A DNA stretch of 63,661 nucleotides, the filler included, from Atractiella rhizophila (lineage: Eukaryota): the NCBI GenBank assembly GCA_021432655.1. It is 10 parts of 8 records of this genome, joined end to end, with 100 filler letters (N's around TTAATTAATTAA, not from the genome) between each part and the next. Parts side by side here need not be neighbours in the genome. Positions count along the whole stretch, not along the records: positions 21,217 to 31,687 come from MU272074.1; positions 31,788 to 33,941 come from MU272076.1; positions 34,042 to 36,418 come from MU272076.1; positions 36,519 to 39,149 come from MU272076.1; positions 39,250 to 49,651 come from MU272077.1; 5 more parts are not named here. One strand, 5' to 3'. The notes beneath the pieces are model-generated. The model was not told the DNA's origin and searched no databases. It saw nothing but the letters and a program-made list of their open reading frames with translations. Shown here one piece after another: positions 26,351-39,731 of the stretch. The first letter of the stretch is position 1, and each line of letters starts with the position of its first letter. The translations under genes and the position numbers were made by a program.

Positions 26351-28404
26351 CGATATGTTTCTTTCTAGCCCTGAAGGATTAGGGCATTCTAACTGTGAAA
26401 AAATTTGACGTCAACATGGCGCGTGTGTCAATCTGGAGTCTGGGAGTGGAGCGGTTCTGAGGTGAGCCTGATCGACCATAGCAAATAGCATTGGGTGCAA
26501 CGTTCTGACTCAATTCGGCGCGTGACTGAGCCTGTCTGCGTATGACATGACGGCGACGCAACGCGAGCGACCCAACAACGGAAAGGCAACAACGTAGCAG
26601 ACGCAATCTAGCCTTGCATAAAGCTCGACATATGCCCAGCTTCAAAGAAAAGCGAGCCTCTCGAAATGTCACTCGTACCAAAGGGCAAACTAGATTTACC
26701 TCCGGATGAGGTGGCTGCATGGTGAGAGCTTGTAGTGGAGTATTATCCTTGCTCTAACGCGACCGAGGACAGGTTGACTTCCTTGGAAAAGGAAGTGAGA
26801 AGCCTGTCTGCGCAAGTTGGAGCGATTACGCTTACATTGCATCAATTCATCCTCCAAGATCAATCTCAACGAACCAAAGGCCACTCAGACGACGGGGAGA
26901 ATGCGGATCAAAGTTCCACCGTCACAGTCACACACATCAACAGCCTTCCGGCTCCGTCTAATGGATTACGCTGTCCAACGCCACCGAGCTCAGCAAAACA
27001 GTTACACCTTGGTAGTAGGTTGAAAATTGACTTTACTTTTCGACAAGGAAAGAAATTAGGAGGCATCACGTTTCGTGTGGTTTGTGACGACACATGAGTC
27101 CTTTAATGGGTTGATCAAGTTTATAGGTCAGGAATGACAGGAATCTTCCGAGCAGGCTCTTGGTGAGGCATTGTCCGATCATCTGAACACTCATTGAAGG
27201 AGCAAGCAGGAAGATGTTTCTGCCCTCATTGCTGCTCAGGGTGGCGAATGGTTGACTTGGTTCGATTCTCATTGCCTTCAGAATGGACGATGACAGAACG
27301 AAACAGTACTTGTAGTGGAAGCTACGGTACATCCTCAGCTTGGGCAATCAAAGCAGCCAACGCAATCCCATTCAAACCATACAATTTCCCAACCTCGGAC
27401 GTGGCCATCAAACCGAAGTATCTTACGTTCGCTACAGATGTCGTCTCGTGTGAGCACTTCCAGCATCACTCTCTAAGTTTCTAACCATGACGGATAGCGT
27501 GTGAACCGAGTTTCTACCTCACAATACCATCCGGCAAATCCTTGGATGCTTGCTATACGGAGCAACATCAATTCGCAAAGATGGTGAAAGGATCCGCCGA
27601 TGTTTGGGAAGAGCTGAAAAAACTGGATGACAGGGATCAAGTGACAGTATCTGGTATCACAATCCTCGACTAATTCACCTCAATGTGGGGTTTCTACCAG
27701 GACATTAGGGGTTAAACCCATGCATTCATCAAGATACACGTTCAAATGGAGTACTATAGGTGATTTGATTCTCAATCCCAAGTGAAGAGCAAGTAAAAAT
27801 ATTCCACGGCAACGAGGCCGCTCGGAGCCATGTCACTCGGCTCAACTTAAAAAGGATGTCCCAGCAGCTCCTTTGGCGGGGCAGTCAGCAGCAGCGAACA
27901 AAGCCTTTTCCTTTCTTTCCCAACAAATACTAATATGAGATTCCGCCGCAATCATGTAATCCTAAGCGACCTAATCCCATGAGACATCAACAGTCAGATT
28001 CCTGAGTATCCAGCTAAGTAAAATCGGTGGGCTCCGACATATGCTTGTCTTATTTATTCGTTCCACATCGTTTTTTCGGAAAGAACGCAACGAATGATTT
28101 TCTCTTCATTGCCCTTATTTCGCGAACTTGAAGAAAGACTCACTACTTCTCTTCCCTAAACAGCCTCATCACTATCAAGGCTCTGCTCCACTCAAGGTGA
28201 TTAACAACAATCCCCAAACGACCCTGTCGAAGCAGGTTGAAACAAATTGAAAAAGAGAAAAAAGTTCATGCTGAGGGGTAGAACCTTGGGGGTGACCCGG
28301 CTATGAATTCCGGTGTTTCCGCTGTTATCATCATATCTTCCTCTTCTCGTCACCAGAATTTTGACGACGATTTGCTGTCTCCCAATAGTTGCTCTCCAAA
28401 AACG

Positions 28405-30012
28405 ATGTCTCAACCTGCACGCCTCTCTCCCTTTGGTAATGCACTCGCGGGAGCGATTGGCGGTTGCCTCTCCAACGCTGTTGTGTGAGTTCCTGTGTAG
28501 AAACGCCGGACAGTTCACTGACGCTGGAGCAGATATCCACTTGATACGTATGTCTTTTCTTCTCCATGTATTCCCTTCTGGATTGAGGAAAACGTAGCGT
28601 GAAAACTCGCATTCAAGCTGACACTTCAGCTGACGAGAAATCAACACCTTCCGGCTCCTCACTTTCGAGACCAGCCGCACCGAAGCATATCGACCTGTCC
28701 TCCGTCACGGCTTCGAAAAAGGATGGAGTGCGGAAGACTTTCATGAAAATTTGGAAGGAGCAGGGGATTGAAGCGTTCTATCGTGGATTTGGAGCTTCAA
28801 TGCTCAACACCTTCAGTATGCAATTGTACGTCACCTCCTCTTTCTGCAGTCCAGGGCAATGAGGTTTGAGACTCTTACGCTACTATTTCTGTGTAGTGCA
28901 TACTTTTATTTTTATGCACTCGTTCGTGCGACATATTTGAAGCGCCTTGCGACTGGTTCCCTGTCATCGGGCAAGAAACAGTCACCACAAGCATTATCTA
29001 CAGCGTACGCCTTTCCTTTCTATTCGGGGTTGAGCAGAATCTGAGAGGTGTATCACAGGACCGAGCTCATCCTCGGAGCCATAGCTGGTGTCCTCTCTTC
29101 TATATTCACCATTCCAGTCTCGGTCATTGCGACTCGTCAACAACTCTCAAACAGCAAAAATGCGCCATCATTTATCCAAACTGCGAGCGTGATCCTCCAG
29201 GAGGACGGAATTACCGGTTAGCCTCTACCCATTGTCCGAGAGAAAATGGCTGAGATAGAGTTTGGATAGGGCTTTGGAGAGGTCTCAGGCCGTCCCTTGT
29301 CCTTACCATCAACCCAGCAATCACGTATGGCGTCTTCGAGCGCATTCGGTCAATGGTACAACGGCCAGACGAGGCGAAGATGGGAAGCGGTAAAGCTTTC
29401 CTCGTCGGTGCAGGGAGCAAAGCTCTGGCCACGATCGTGACGTAGGTCTCTTTCAATCTCCATTCGTTAATTAACGCGATTGAATAGCTATCCATACATT
29501 ATGGCGAAAGTGCGGCTCCAAGCGAAATACGACGAAGAAGAGTCAGACGACCAGAAGAGCTATGCATCTGTGGTGAAAGATGGACCGACTGCTGGTGACA
29601 TCACCCAAGGGAATGGGACATCCAGCTTCATCATCGTAGACGAGGAAAAGAAGCTTGCAGAGTCCCAGTCTGCACTCGAGAAAGGACAGCCTGCTCCAGC
29701 TTCGATTAGGAGGAAGAAGAAAGAGAGATACAATGGCGCTATAGATGTTCTGGTGCAGACTCTGCGCTCCGAAGGCATCACAGGTTGGTACCGGGTAAGT
29801 ATATTCCCATCTCTTATTCCTATTTTGAGACTGATGTGTTGTGGAACGGAATGAAGGGTATGCAAGCGCAGATCACGAAGGCGACGCTGGCGCAGGCGTT
29901 GTTGTTTGGCATCAAAGATTATCTCGATGGATATACCTTGCTTTTCCTCCTCGCTGTCCAAAAAGCTATGCCTGGAGGTGCAGATGTCTTCGAACAGCGA
30001 AAATTAGGTTAG
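28405..30012 (+). CDS. ANT1: Peroxisomal adenine nucleotide transporter (mitochondrial carrier family), multi-exon
   Basis: LSPFGNALAGAIGGCLSNAVVYPLDTVKTRIQA, TIPVSVIATRQQ, GLRPSLVLTINPAITYGVFER, YPYIMAKVRLQA, GMQAQITKA. Confidence 0.85.
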
Positions 30013-30516
30013 AGAGGGATCTAAGGGATTGTAATTATTTTTCTTGCTGTTCATTATCTGCCATGAAAATGTTCACTTCATTCATTGCTGTCTCTTCCAC
30101 ATGCCAATTTCAGGCTCCATAGCATGTTCCATCACTTGAGGATTGACTTCAAACGCCAGCGTACAGCGATTCCTTAGAGCCTCTTCATCCATACTCTTGT
30201 CCAGCGCAGTGACTGTTGCGACATCGGGTCCATTCGTCACAGGATTCGCCATTCTTCCAGATATAAAAGGTATAAATCGCAGTCTATCCATTGGTTGACA
30301 GCCCTGAGCATCAGCTAGTCGTCAGATTTTCACCTTGTTTCTGGTGTCACTCCACCTGCTTTTAGAATAAAACGGCGGCTTATCCACTTATACAGCACCG
30401 CTGGAGAACGATAAGTATGCAATTTGTGCTTCAGGGGTCTAAGTTACTTGCAAGGATGCTTAATTGGCAGAATTAATGTTGCACGAATAAACATTCAAAT
30501 TATATACGTAACACGA

Positions 30517-31687
30517 TTACTGCTCATTGGTAAAGATGGCAGCCATTCCCATGCCGCTACCAATACACATGCTAGTGACGATAATCTTTGCGCCAGTCCT
30601 TTTTGCTTGAGGGTAGAGAGTGGCGACCTGTCGACTGCCAGTCGCACCCAGGGGGTGACCTATTATCCCACGACGATAAATGATTAAATAAGCGGATGAA
30701 GGGAAGAACGTACCGATGGCGATAGCGCCACCGAGAGGGTTGACCTTCTCATAAGGAATCTTGACGGTGTCAACGCTCATGACAGCCTGAGAAGCGAATG
30801 CCTCGTTGATCTCGAAGAAATCGACGTCTGAGACGCTCAGACCGGTCTTCTTGAGAACGTGAGGGATGGCGACGGCAGGTCCAATACCCATGATTCGTGG
30901 AGGTACTCCAACCACTGAGGCAGTGACAAAGCGTCCGAGGATGGGAAGGCCGAGCTTTTTGGCGACGGAACGGCGGGCGAGGAGGACGGCTGCTGCTCCA
31001 TCTGACACCTGCAATCCATACCCTCTCAGCATGCTGCAGGTAATGAAGGAATAGAGAAGTGCGAACCTGCGAAGCGTTACCGGCATGGGTAGAACCATCC
31101 TTCTTGAAAGCAGGCTTGAGCTTGCCCAAGCTCTCGGCGGTAACACCGTCCCTGAATCCATCGTCCTTATCCACCGTCTTCTCATTCCCATTCTCATCCT
31201 TCACCACGACGGGTACGATTTCATCCCTAAACTTGCCCTCCTTCTGTGCCTTGAAAGCCTTCTGGTAAGAAGACGCGGCAAACTCGTCCTGCTTCGCACG
31301 CGACACTTTGTATTCGGTCGCGACGTTCTCGGATGTAATACCCATGGGGACGAGACAGTCTGCTGCCTCTTGGTTCGACATGACCTCGTCACTGAAACGC
31401 TCAGGGAAGACGCCGGGTCCGTAGTGAATGGTCATGCTCTCAACACCAGCACCGATACCAATATCGATCTCACCTGTGTACAATGTTCGTCAGCACTTTG
31501 ACAAGGGTTTGACGGAGAGTGACGAACCAGTCTGAATCTCCAATGCGATCTGGTTGATGGAGGTAAGACCAGACGAGCATTGACGGTTCACAGTATTGAC
31601 GGCGGCCGTATGCGGGATTCCAGCAGCAAGAGCAGCCATACGCGCAATGTTGGCTCCTCCACCAGGGCAAAGGACAGTCCCGACAGC
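30517..31687 (-). CDS. POT1: 3-ketoacyl-CoA thiolase (POT1/FOX3-like), 5' end truncated
   Basis: VNRQCSSGL catalytic Cys, GAGVESMT, HAGNASQVSDGAAA, EINEAFASQ, GGAIAIGHPLGATG, SMCIGSGMG. Confidence 0.88.
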
Positions 31688-31787
31688 NNNNNNNNNNNNN
31701 NNNNNNNNNNNNNNNNNNNNNNNNNNNNNNNTTAATTAATTAANNNNNNNNNNNNNNNNNNNNNNNNNNNNNNNNNNNNNNNNNNNN

Positions 31788-33245
31788 GAATATTTGTTCA
31801 GCTTCACTTGGTCTGGCATTCCTTCTCGTTCCTCGTCCAACTGTTCCACGCTCCTGTTAGCGAACTTTAATCATAACAGTAACAGAACCGACAAGGTAAT
31901 AGTACAAGTCCTTGTAGGACTCGGCAGCCTTTTTCTTTCGATTTTTCACAAACTGTTCAGCAGTCCATCTCACACGCGGTCGTACCATCTTCTCGGGGAG
32001 GACGAAGAATACTGGCGCAACAAACTGCAGATGACCAAGTGGTTTGAGAAAGGCGAGTCCTGAGTCCATGTCCTGAATGTACCCATCTTTATCCGCCTTG
32101 TCCTTCATGAGTTGAAATCCACCTGAGAATGAGAGCTCCCTGTGACAAACTATGAGAGGATTTTAGTGGTGCAGAAGGACGGTGATACCCAAGCATATCA
32201 ATCTAGAAACATGCTTAGACGGTCGCATTTATTTGTAACGGAACTTGAAGAATATACCTGAAACCAACTGAACCAATCCGACATCTTCGCCTTCTGATTG
32301 GATTCTGCGATTTCATCAAGATTGTGAATGAGCTCCGCAATCTTCGAACGAAGAATGGGACGGAAGGAGCAGAGGCTGATATCACAGTTTAGTATTCATT
32401 TGCAAACATCTAAGACGCTACTCACCTTTCGGTAGTGAAAACACGCTCCCAGATGCTTCGCCTCTCTTTGTGAGAAGTACGTTCCCTCATGCTTAAGAGA
32501 CCTTTTGTTACATATGCGTGAGTCGCTGCAGAGGAACATGCGTAGGGACCTACTCTTGACTGAGGGATGCCTCACTTCATTGAGGCAATCATACCTGCAT
32601 TCCAAACCGTAAGTTGTTGATTGAACAGAGCTCAGAGTTATGATACATACCAATGTCCTTTAATCACATTCTGTTTGTGAGAATAAATCTCCGCCAGTGC
32701 CTCCACATTCCTGATGGACAAATCGTTCGGGCCTGTAGAAATGCCGTGTCATTTTAGACAATGGCATAACTGATAACTGTTGACGTACCGATTCGAACCC
32801 AATCGCCGTACTTCTCATGCAGTTTAGGGATCTCCAGCATCTCTGTCCCCCTTATACCCATGGGGACAAGGTAGTACCACTTGTTGATTTTCGCCAGAAA
32901 CGGACCGGGAAAACGATGCAGAGGGTGGAGAGGGGAAATCCTGTAAAGAACCAAGGAGCCAAAAACTAGGAACAAATACAGCGTGTAGGATGTCCAGAAT
33001 GGGGTGGGAAGGACGGGGAGTTCATGTTTGGTCAGATAGGACAAATTGTGTACCAATAAGGGATAGAGGGCGATGGTCGAGCGGTAGTACGGCGGCGAGA
33101 GAAGAATGTACTGCGAGTCTGTCAGCAAACTGTTTGAGAGGAGGGGAAAGGGGAAGGGATGACTAACTCCTAAACCAAGTGAAACGTTGATGATGGCCCA
33201 TGTCTTTTCGAAATTTAACTCCATTTTAGGTATCAAAGAGTCCAT
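31788..33245 (-). CDS. Cytochrome P450, 5' part with many short introns; heme-binding C-terminus beyond contig edge
   Basis: TM anchor then YRISPLHPLHRFPGPFLAK..LHEKYGDWVRIGPNDLSI, typical of fungal P450 N-termini; later KDLYYYL. Confidence 0.8.
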
Positions 33246-34227
33246 CTTTGATGGATGCTTGTGTGCTGGGACAGCTCCCTCACGCAGGCGACGATTTTTA
33301 AGGCGGCTACTTGGCGGCGTTTGGGGACGTGGTGGAGACCGAAGCAAAGTTGAACTCGATTTTCGGGATTATCTAGGGAAACTGAAGATTGCCTTTGCCT
33401 ACACAAAGGAAGGTTGCGTTGGCTTACCGGTGGAAATGTGTGTACAGGCTTACAACGATGATTATGGCTGTATACTGAGCGCGGGACCTTTGTTTCAGTT
33501 CCGGATCACAGAAAGAGCTGGAGAAGTAGATGTACGTCCTTCAGGTCAGAGGTAGCTAGTCACATTCGAAGGGAGCTGTCTCACTTCAAGTTGAGTACCT
33601 GTTAACCCTTGCGTGCACAAGTTGCTGAAATATCAGTGCATCAGTCTCAGCGTTTGACAAAGGCAGAAGACAACAAGGCATACGTTGTGTTTGGAGGTTT
33701 GGAGGCGTCGCTTGAGAGGCAGGTGAAGTTCCGGAGGATGAGCAAGTATCACAGGTGCACACCTTTATAATAGGCGGTTGCTGCTTCACGAGGGCGCCTT
33801 CCGCTGTGTTTTCCAGGCTTCAAGTTGACACTCTTCCTTGCTGCTGAGACAACTCCGGAGGCAGTTCCACAGAGATGCATCATTCCCGTTTCGGTTTCCG
33901 GTTAATAAGAACACGTGACCAAATTTGCAGTCTGCTTTCCTNNNNNNNNNNNNNNNNNNNNNNNNNNNNNNNNNNNNNNNNNNNNTTAATTAATTAANNN
34001 NNNNNNNNNNNNNNNNNNNNNNNNNNNNNNNNNNNNNNNNNATATCAAAATTCAACAAAACCTGGTGGTAAATGAAAAAGAACATCAACAGTGTAAGCCA
34101 CGATTTGAATCTCTTTTGTTTTTGCGTATGACATGAAGAATTATTGGGCACAGTTGCTGCCGCGGTCGCACTACCCACATCATGAGAACCTTCCAACCTC
34201 TGCACTGAAGCACCTACGCCAGTTTTC

Positions 34228-35170
34228 TTACTTTGAGTGCTGGACAATGAAGTCCTTTAATTCCTGCAAGTGTCCTCGCACTGGAATGGAGTGTCCTGTA
34301 CTTTCGGTCAATTCATTTAGTCGATGCAGAGGTGAGGAAGAACGCGCCTTCATGATGCGTGAGAAGTTTCGAATTAGGCCAGTTAATTTGAAGTTCAATC
34401 GTCCTATCCGCCTTCACGATCATGTCACTCATATCGACCGCTGTACGCGCCATCAAATCAGTTCTCCACACTCGGAGCGAAAGACTCACTGTGAAGAGTC
34501 GGAATATCAGAGGGCAAGCTGTAGAGCGTGCGATGAGGAGGGTGCGTAGAGATGAAACCTGAGCTGAGGATGGCAAATTTGATGTTCTGCTCCAATGCCG
34601 GCGCGAAGCCTTGTTGGGGTTTATTGAGCTATTTCCCACCTTAATCAACTTCAATGAAAGAGAGGAATGGAGTACGAACGAGCGACAAAAGGAGTCCAGT
34701 CATTGCTGCTCCCTGTGACAATCCGATGATAGCATCGTAAGAGTTCTGACTCAAATGTTCGCTCCACCACTTAACCTGTGCCCTCCACGACGTCAAAACG
34801 GTGTTTTTTGGTGCTTCTCAAAGGGGACGCACGACAACGGCCCATCTACCATCGTCCTTTCCCTCGAGAAGGCTCCACTCCGTCCCCTCCAGCGACCACC
34901 ATGGCCTGCTGTGATCAGGTCCACATCCAGGGCCGGTGGAAGGTCCGTCCACATAGGTGAATTCGGCGATTCCTTTCAGTGATTCGCGGAGCGGAGCAGT
35001 CGTGCGATACAGACTGCGATTCATGGGTTAGTATCGCGTGTACTATGTGAAGGAGGAGGGAACGAACATGTTGGCCGTCTGGACATAGCCGTGGATGACT
35101 GTTGCCAATCGGGTTCATTGAACAGCTAGATAAGAGGGATGATGGAGCACTGACCACAAATCTTCAACAT
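34228..35170 (-). CDS. FSH1-family serine hydrolase, multi-exon (not captured as one ORF)
   Basis: Spliced reading MLKICVIHGYVQTAN, EFTYVDGP..RPWW, YDAIIGLSQGAAM (GxSxG), HHEGHSIP, ending ...FIVQHSK*. Confidence 0.75.
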
Positions 35171-36342
35171 ATTTATTCAGTACTCGACTATATCCAAGTG
35201 CAAAGCAAATGAAGGCGTTTAAAGCAAGCCGTAACAAGGAATCGACGAAAGTGAAAGGGAAACAGACTAGGGACTCGTAACCTATAAATGGCTCGGAGAG
35301 TACTCGCCCTAACTTGCCCCGCGGCCTTTGCCCGCTGGTTGACTCTGGGTGAAGGGCAAGTTTCACAGCGCGACTGGCTGTACTGGTTCCTACACCGGGT
35401 AGTATAACGAGTTAAGGAATGCGTCGGACTGTGATACCGATTGCTGGAGCGCGTATTTTCTGAGGACGGAATTAGTGAGACAGGAGACAGGTAGAGATCG
35501 AACCCTGGTTATTCTCAACATACGTTCTAATGAAGGTGAGGTCTAAATAGTGCGGCGCTACCAACAGTGAACGAAAGTAACTGTAATAACAGCAAGAACC
35601 TGCCCCTACAGCAACTTTGAGCTTTAAAAGGCTACGCTGCTTGTCCATCAAATAACGAAAGTATAACAATGAGATAAGGTAAAAATGACTGTGTATTCAT
35701 TCTGAAGCAATAAATACAGCAGTGGATATCTTCCCCAGTCCCTGAACGGTTACGGGCATAAAATGTCGAGAAGCGCAGTAGTTGTAGTTGTTCATTTCGA
35801 CGGAGGAAGAGCTCAAGTCACTCTCCTCTCATCCAGCAGTTCCATCCAACTTCAAAGAGTAAGTCTCTCTCCATGCAGCTCGACTAGTACTGTGATGCTG
35901 AATGCTGAGAATCTCAGTCAAATATGAGAGTGTGTTCTTGCATAGAAGAAGGCATCTTCTGTGGGGCCGTACGACAATAAAGAGTTGATAACAAGAAACG
36001 CGTGGCGAAGCTTTGATGCTTCTGACGTCTGCTTCTGGCTATTGAACTGGACTCTGAACTGAACTGTAGAGGCATTTATAAAGGCAAGCGGACGCGTTAA
36101 ACTAAGACGCGCTGAGTTGTTATTAGCGTGGGTGTCACTTGTCAATTTCAAGTTCCGAACAAGTCATCGGCGGTCGGATATGGCGGGAAACAACATGCAG
36201 AGAGGGCCGTGTTGTCGACCTGACTTCTCCCAAAATCCAATGCACAGCCATTCTCCCAGTTTCACAACCATTTCTTCCCAAAATAGGACTCAAAATTTTG
36301 TCTCCTAGAGGTGGCTATTACAGTTGAAGGTCAACCATAACG

Positions 36343-38456
36343 ATGTCAATCTCGCCCGTGAACGACACCAAGAAGCGTAGGCGTCGTCGCTCGCCAACGC
36401 CGCCGAATCCGAGCTGTANNNNNNNNNNNNNNNNNNNNNNNNNNNNNNNNNNNNNNNNNNNNTTAATTAATTAANNNNNNNNNNNNNNNNNNNNNNNNNN
36501 NNNNNNNNNNNNNNNNNNCAATACTAGGCTCCAAATCACTCCCTTCCGTACCCTTTCAATCCACCTCCTCACCTCTCGACTTGCGCGCCTACGGGCCATT
36601 GCGCGCACACTCCTTCGGCACACTACTCTCCAGCCTAGGCGACACCGCATTGGCTCCCAACTCACCACTGAGAAAAGCAGAGATCAAAGTCGCTTTCTGT
36701 CATCATGCTTATTCCTGGGAAACTTCTGGACAGATGATCCCAACCTAGCGAAGGAGTTGCTTAGGATCGCTCTTGGCGTGTTTGAGAAGCTGTGGAAGGA
36801 GGCAGAGGAGAAGGGAGGAGAGGAGGAGAAGGAGTGGACGGAAAAATTAGGAACTTGGTGGGACCTTTTGATCGTATGTCCTCATTCCTTTCCTTTCATT
36901 GAGAGTAAGAAGGAGGTTTGATCTTTTTGCGTATGGTTAGTATCGTGATAACCAGGTCGCTGTTACGTATGGGTCACAGCCGATATTGTTCGTCTTTTCT
37001 CTCCGATTTGGCGAGAGACTGATTTGTAGTGGATGCTGAGTAGAACTGACACACACTATCGCAAGTATTCTGACCTCGTGCGACCAATATTTCTCGTCGA
37101 TCCTTTTTACTTCTTCTCCAACCCTCTACGACCAGAGGACTCCACGTTCAGAGACCATTATTGGGTATGTCTCCCTCTCATCCCTCCAGCGCTGGGCAAT
37201 TAACTGGGAGTCACAGGCGAACACTCAAGCGACGACCCGCCTCCTTGCCACCTCTCGTTTCCGACTGAAGACTCTCACGCTCTCCTCCCTCTCCCTCTCA
37301 CTCTGTCTCCACCTCTCCAAACTCCTCACGCTTCGTCGACAATGGCGTTCCACCCACTTTGTCCTCCGCACTCCGCCAGACAGACTTCCCTATTATGCAT
37401 ACACCTCTTCTGCGGCGGCGATTGAAGGGAAAGAGAAGGAAGAGACGGTGTACACGACGATGACCGAAGTACATGAACGCTGTCTGCAGGCTTTTGTTCG
37501 TCCTCCGACTGGTGGGAGAGGAAAGGGAGAAATGGCGTGCAGACGGTGCGGGAGAAAGGTGGGACGTTTTGATGGAGAGAGTGAAAGAGGCAGCTGATGA
37601 GGAGGTCTCGCGTGCTGTTTATTGGGCAATGGAGCTGGTGGAGGAGGAGTGGAGGAAGGGTAATACTAGCGTCGTCATCGGATATGGTGTTATTAAAGGT
37701 GAGTTATCCCTCTCTCAGAATGACGGTGGAGCGCTGATCTCAAGCTGCGATCGGTAGAGCTGCTCATGACATTTGATGAGCTACCAAAAGGGTGGAAGTA
37801 CCTCCCAGGTTGGGCAGAACGGTTCCCCAACGAGAGGGCGAAGCTGTTGATGTTCGCGTTCTTTCCGCCATCATTCGATGTACATAACAGCTGAATTGGG
37901 CGAGCAGTCTCATTGACCGCATCAAAATTCTCGGTTGGTGCCGTAAGAAATGGACTGATCGCATTGATGCATTCGAGGAAGAGATGTTTCCTCGTTTTGT
38001 AACGGTACATCTCGCTTTTCTCGTAAAATTTGACAGGCTGATTGATTGGTGCAGATTGACCCTCCAATGCTCCAGACTGCTCAAGCGAAAAAAGCAAAGG
38101 CAGAGAAGGAGGAAAACACTCTGGCTGACTTCCTCGCAACGTGGAAACCTTCGCCACCACCTGCTGCTCTCCAGCCACAGTTTCAGCTTCCTCCAACGAC
38201 GTCGACCTTGATTTACTCCCATCATCATCAGGCACAGGCACAATCAATGGCGATGCATTCATCGTTCGACCTCCCTTTCGACCTGCCTGAGGTCCTGCAG
38301 ATATCACTTCCCTTTGACTTGTCGAATGGCATGGGCGGCTCGAGCTCGGGGGAAGAATCGTTCGGAGATAGTCCTAGTCCGGAGAGTGTGCCTGAGAGCA
38401 CGATCTTGGATTTTCCAAGCTTTATTGGAGATTTGGAGCTGAGTATGAAGGGTTGA
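36343..38456 (+). CDS. Probable fungal transcription factor, interrupted by a linker; continuity across the linker inferred
   Basis: Starts MSISPVNDTKKRRRRRSPTPPNPSC (basic NLS-like patch then Cys). After the gap, a multi-exon helical region and an acidic/hydrophobic tail (DLPFDLPEVLQ...ILDFPSFIGDLEL) resembling an activation domain. A Zn2Cys6 motif would fall in the gap and is not visible. Confidence 0.4.
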
Positions 38457-39731
38457 GGAACATTTGGATCTGAGGGATGTTGAGCTGTCGTTCTCAACGG
38501 GATAAGGATTTTACTGAAGGAGTTAAAGTAAACCTTGTAATGTTGGTATTCCGCATTCTTACATATATATACCGTATTGCCCTCTTTGGGCATCTTGGAC
38601 ATCGTTATCTCTTGTCAAGTGTCAATTACTCTCGTGACCCTTGTTTGAAGGATAAAAGCGTGACTCACATGAGACCTTTCACAAGCTTTTTACCAATTTA
38701 TCCAGTCGCTCCTGAACTGTTCCTTTCACAAATAATTCTGAGTCTGGCTCTGCTAAAATTCGTACAATTGAGATTGCATGCTTGAAAGGGGAGTGGGCTC
38801 CAGGAGACTGCGATCGTTGCTTCACTTGGCTGAGCAAGGAAATTTTTGTTGGAAACAGCTTGGAAGATCAAGGTGAGCAGGGTTCAGCTCTTCCATTCCT
38901 GCGAGCCACACTCCTTGGTCTTGCAATCGTTAGACACAACGTACAAGTTACGCCTCCCAATCGATGGTTGGATAGTTCCTCCATCAATTCTGCGAGTCCC
39001 CAGTTGAAGCGACTGGCAAAATAGGTGCACGCTCTGCAAGCCAGTTTCGCAGCTGCTCGAATGCTCAAAGTGATCAGTGACAGTTCTTTTCAAAATCTTA
39101 GGTCACAGGCCATGGGCCTGAGATCGAGAAAGGCGATCAGTATACAGTTNNNNNNNNNNNNNNNNNNNNNNNNNNNNNNNNNNNNNNNNNNNNTTAATTA
39201 ATTAANNNNNNNNNNNNNNNNNNNNNNNNNNNNNNNNNNNNNNNNNNNNCTCAGCTGTTTTTGGGTACTCGAGATGTTTTAGAATGTCCCAGAGCTTAAT
39301 TTCCTCCGCTTCGATGGGTTCAGGAGGTGGCAGTAGCGTACTCTCTTTCTTTGTGAAGAAGGGGGACATCTGATCCTTATTGAGACTGGGATATTTGTGT
39401 TTATAAGTGCCGATGGTATTAGAGCTGACAGGGCACCTATTGAATGCTGTTATTGCTTCGTGGTCGTAGCGCTATTCCTCTGAGAACATTTTCCTCCATG
39501 GATCCTGCCCCCCCCTCCCGCACGTGTCACCCCACTCGAGAACCTCGATAATCGACAGAATAGGTGTGTGACTTTCCCTTGTTTGTGCTCTCTAGGTAAA
39601 GGATCATATCTCAGCTGAAAATCATCCTTGTGTCTTGGATGTTGTTTCTGTGCGTATTGTTACACATTCTAACCCTACGGTATGGTGCGTTGGTCGTTCA
39701 AACGACATCTAGCTTTACTGGAACCACGACA

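Noticed and set aside
26400..27800. Possible multi-exon gene with a coiled-coil segment (EDRLTSLEKEVRSLSAQV)
   Set aside because: Could not build a consistent start and exon chain or recognise a family.
11495..31687. One large peroxisomal gene cluster (hydrolases + ANT1 + thiolase)
   Set aside because: The two groups are on different contigs separated by an artificial linker.
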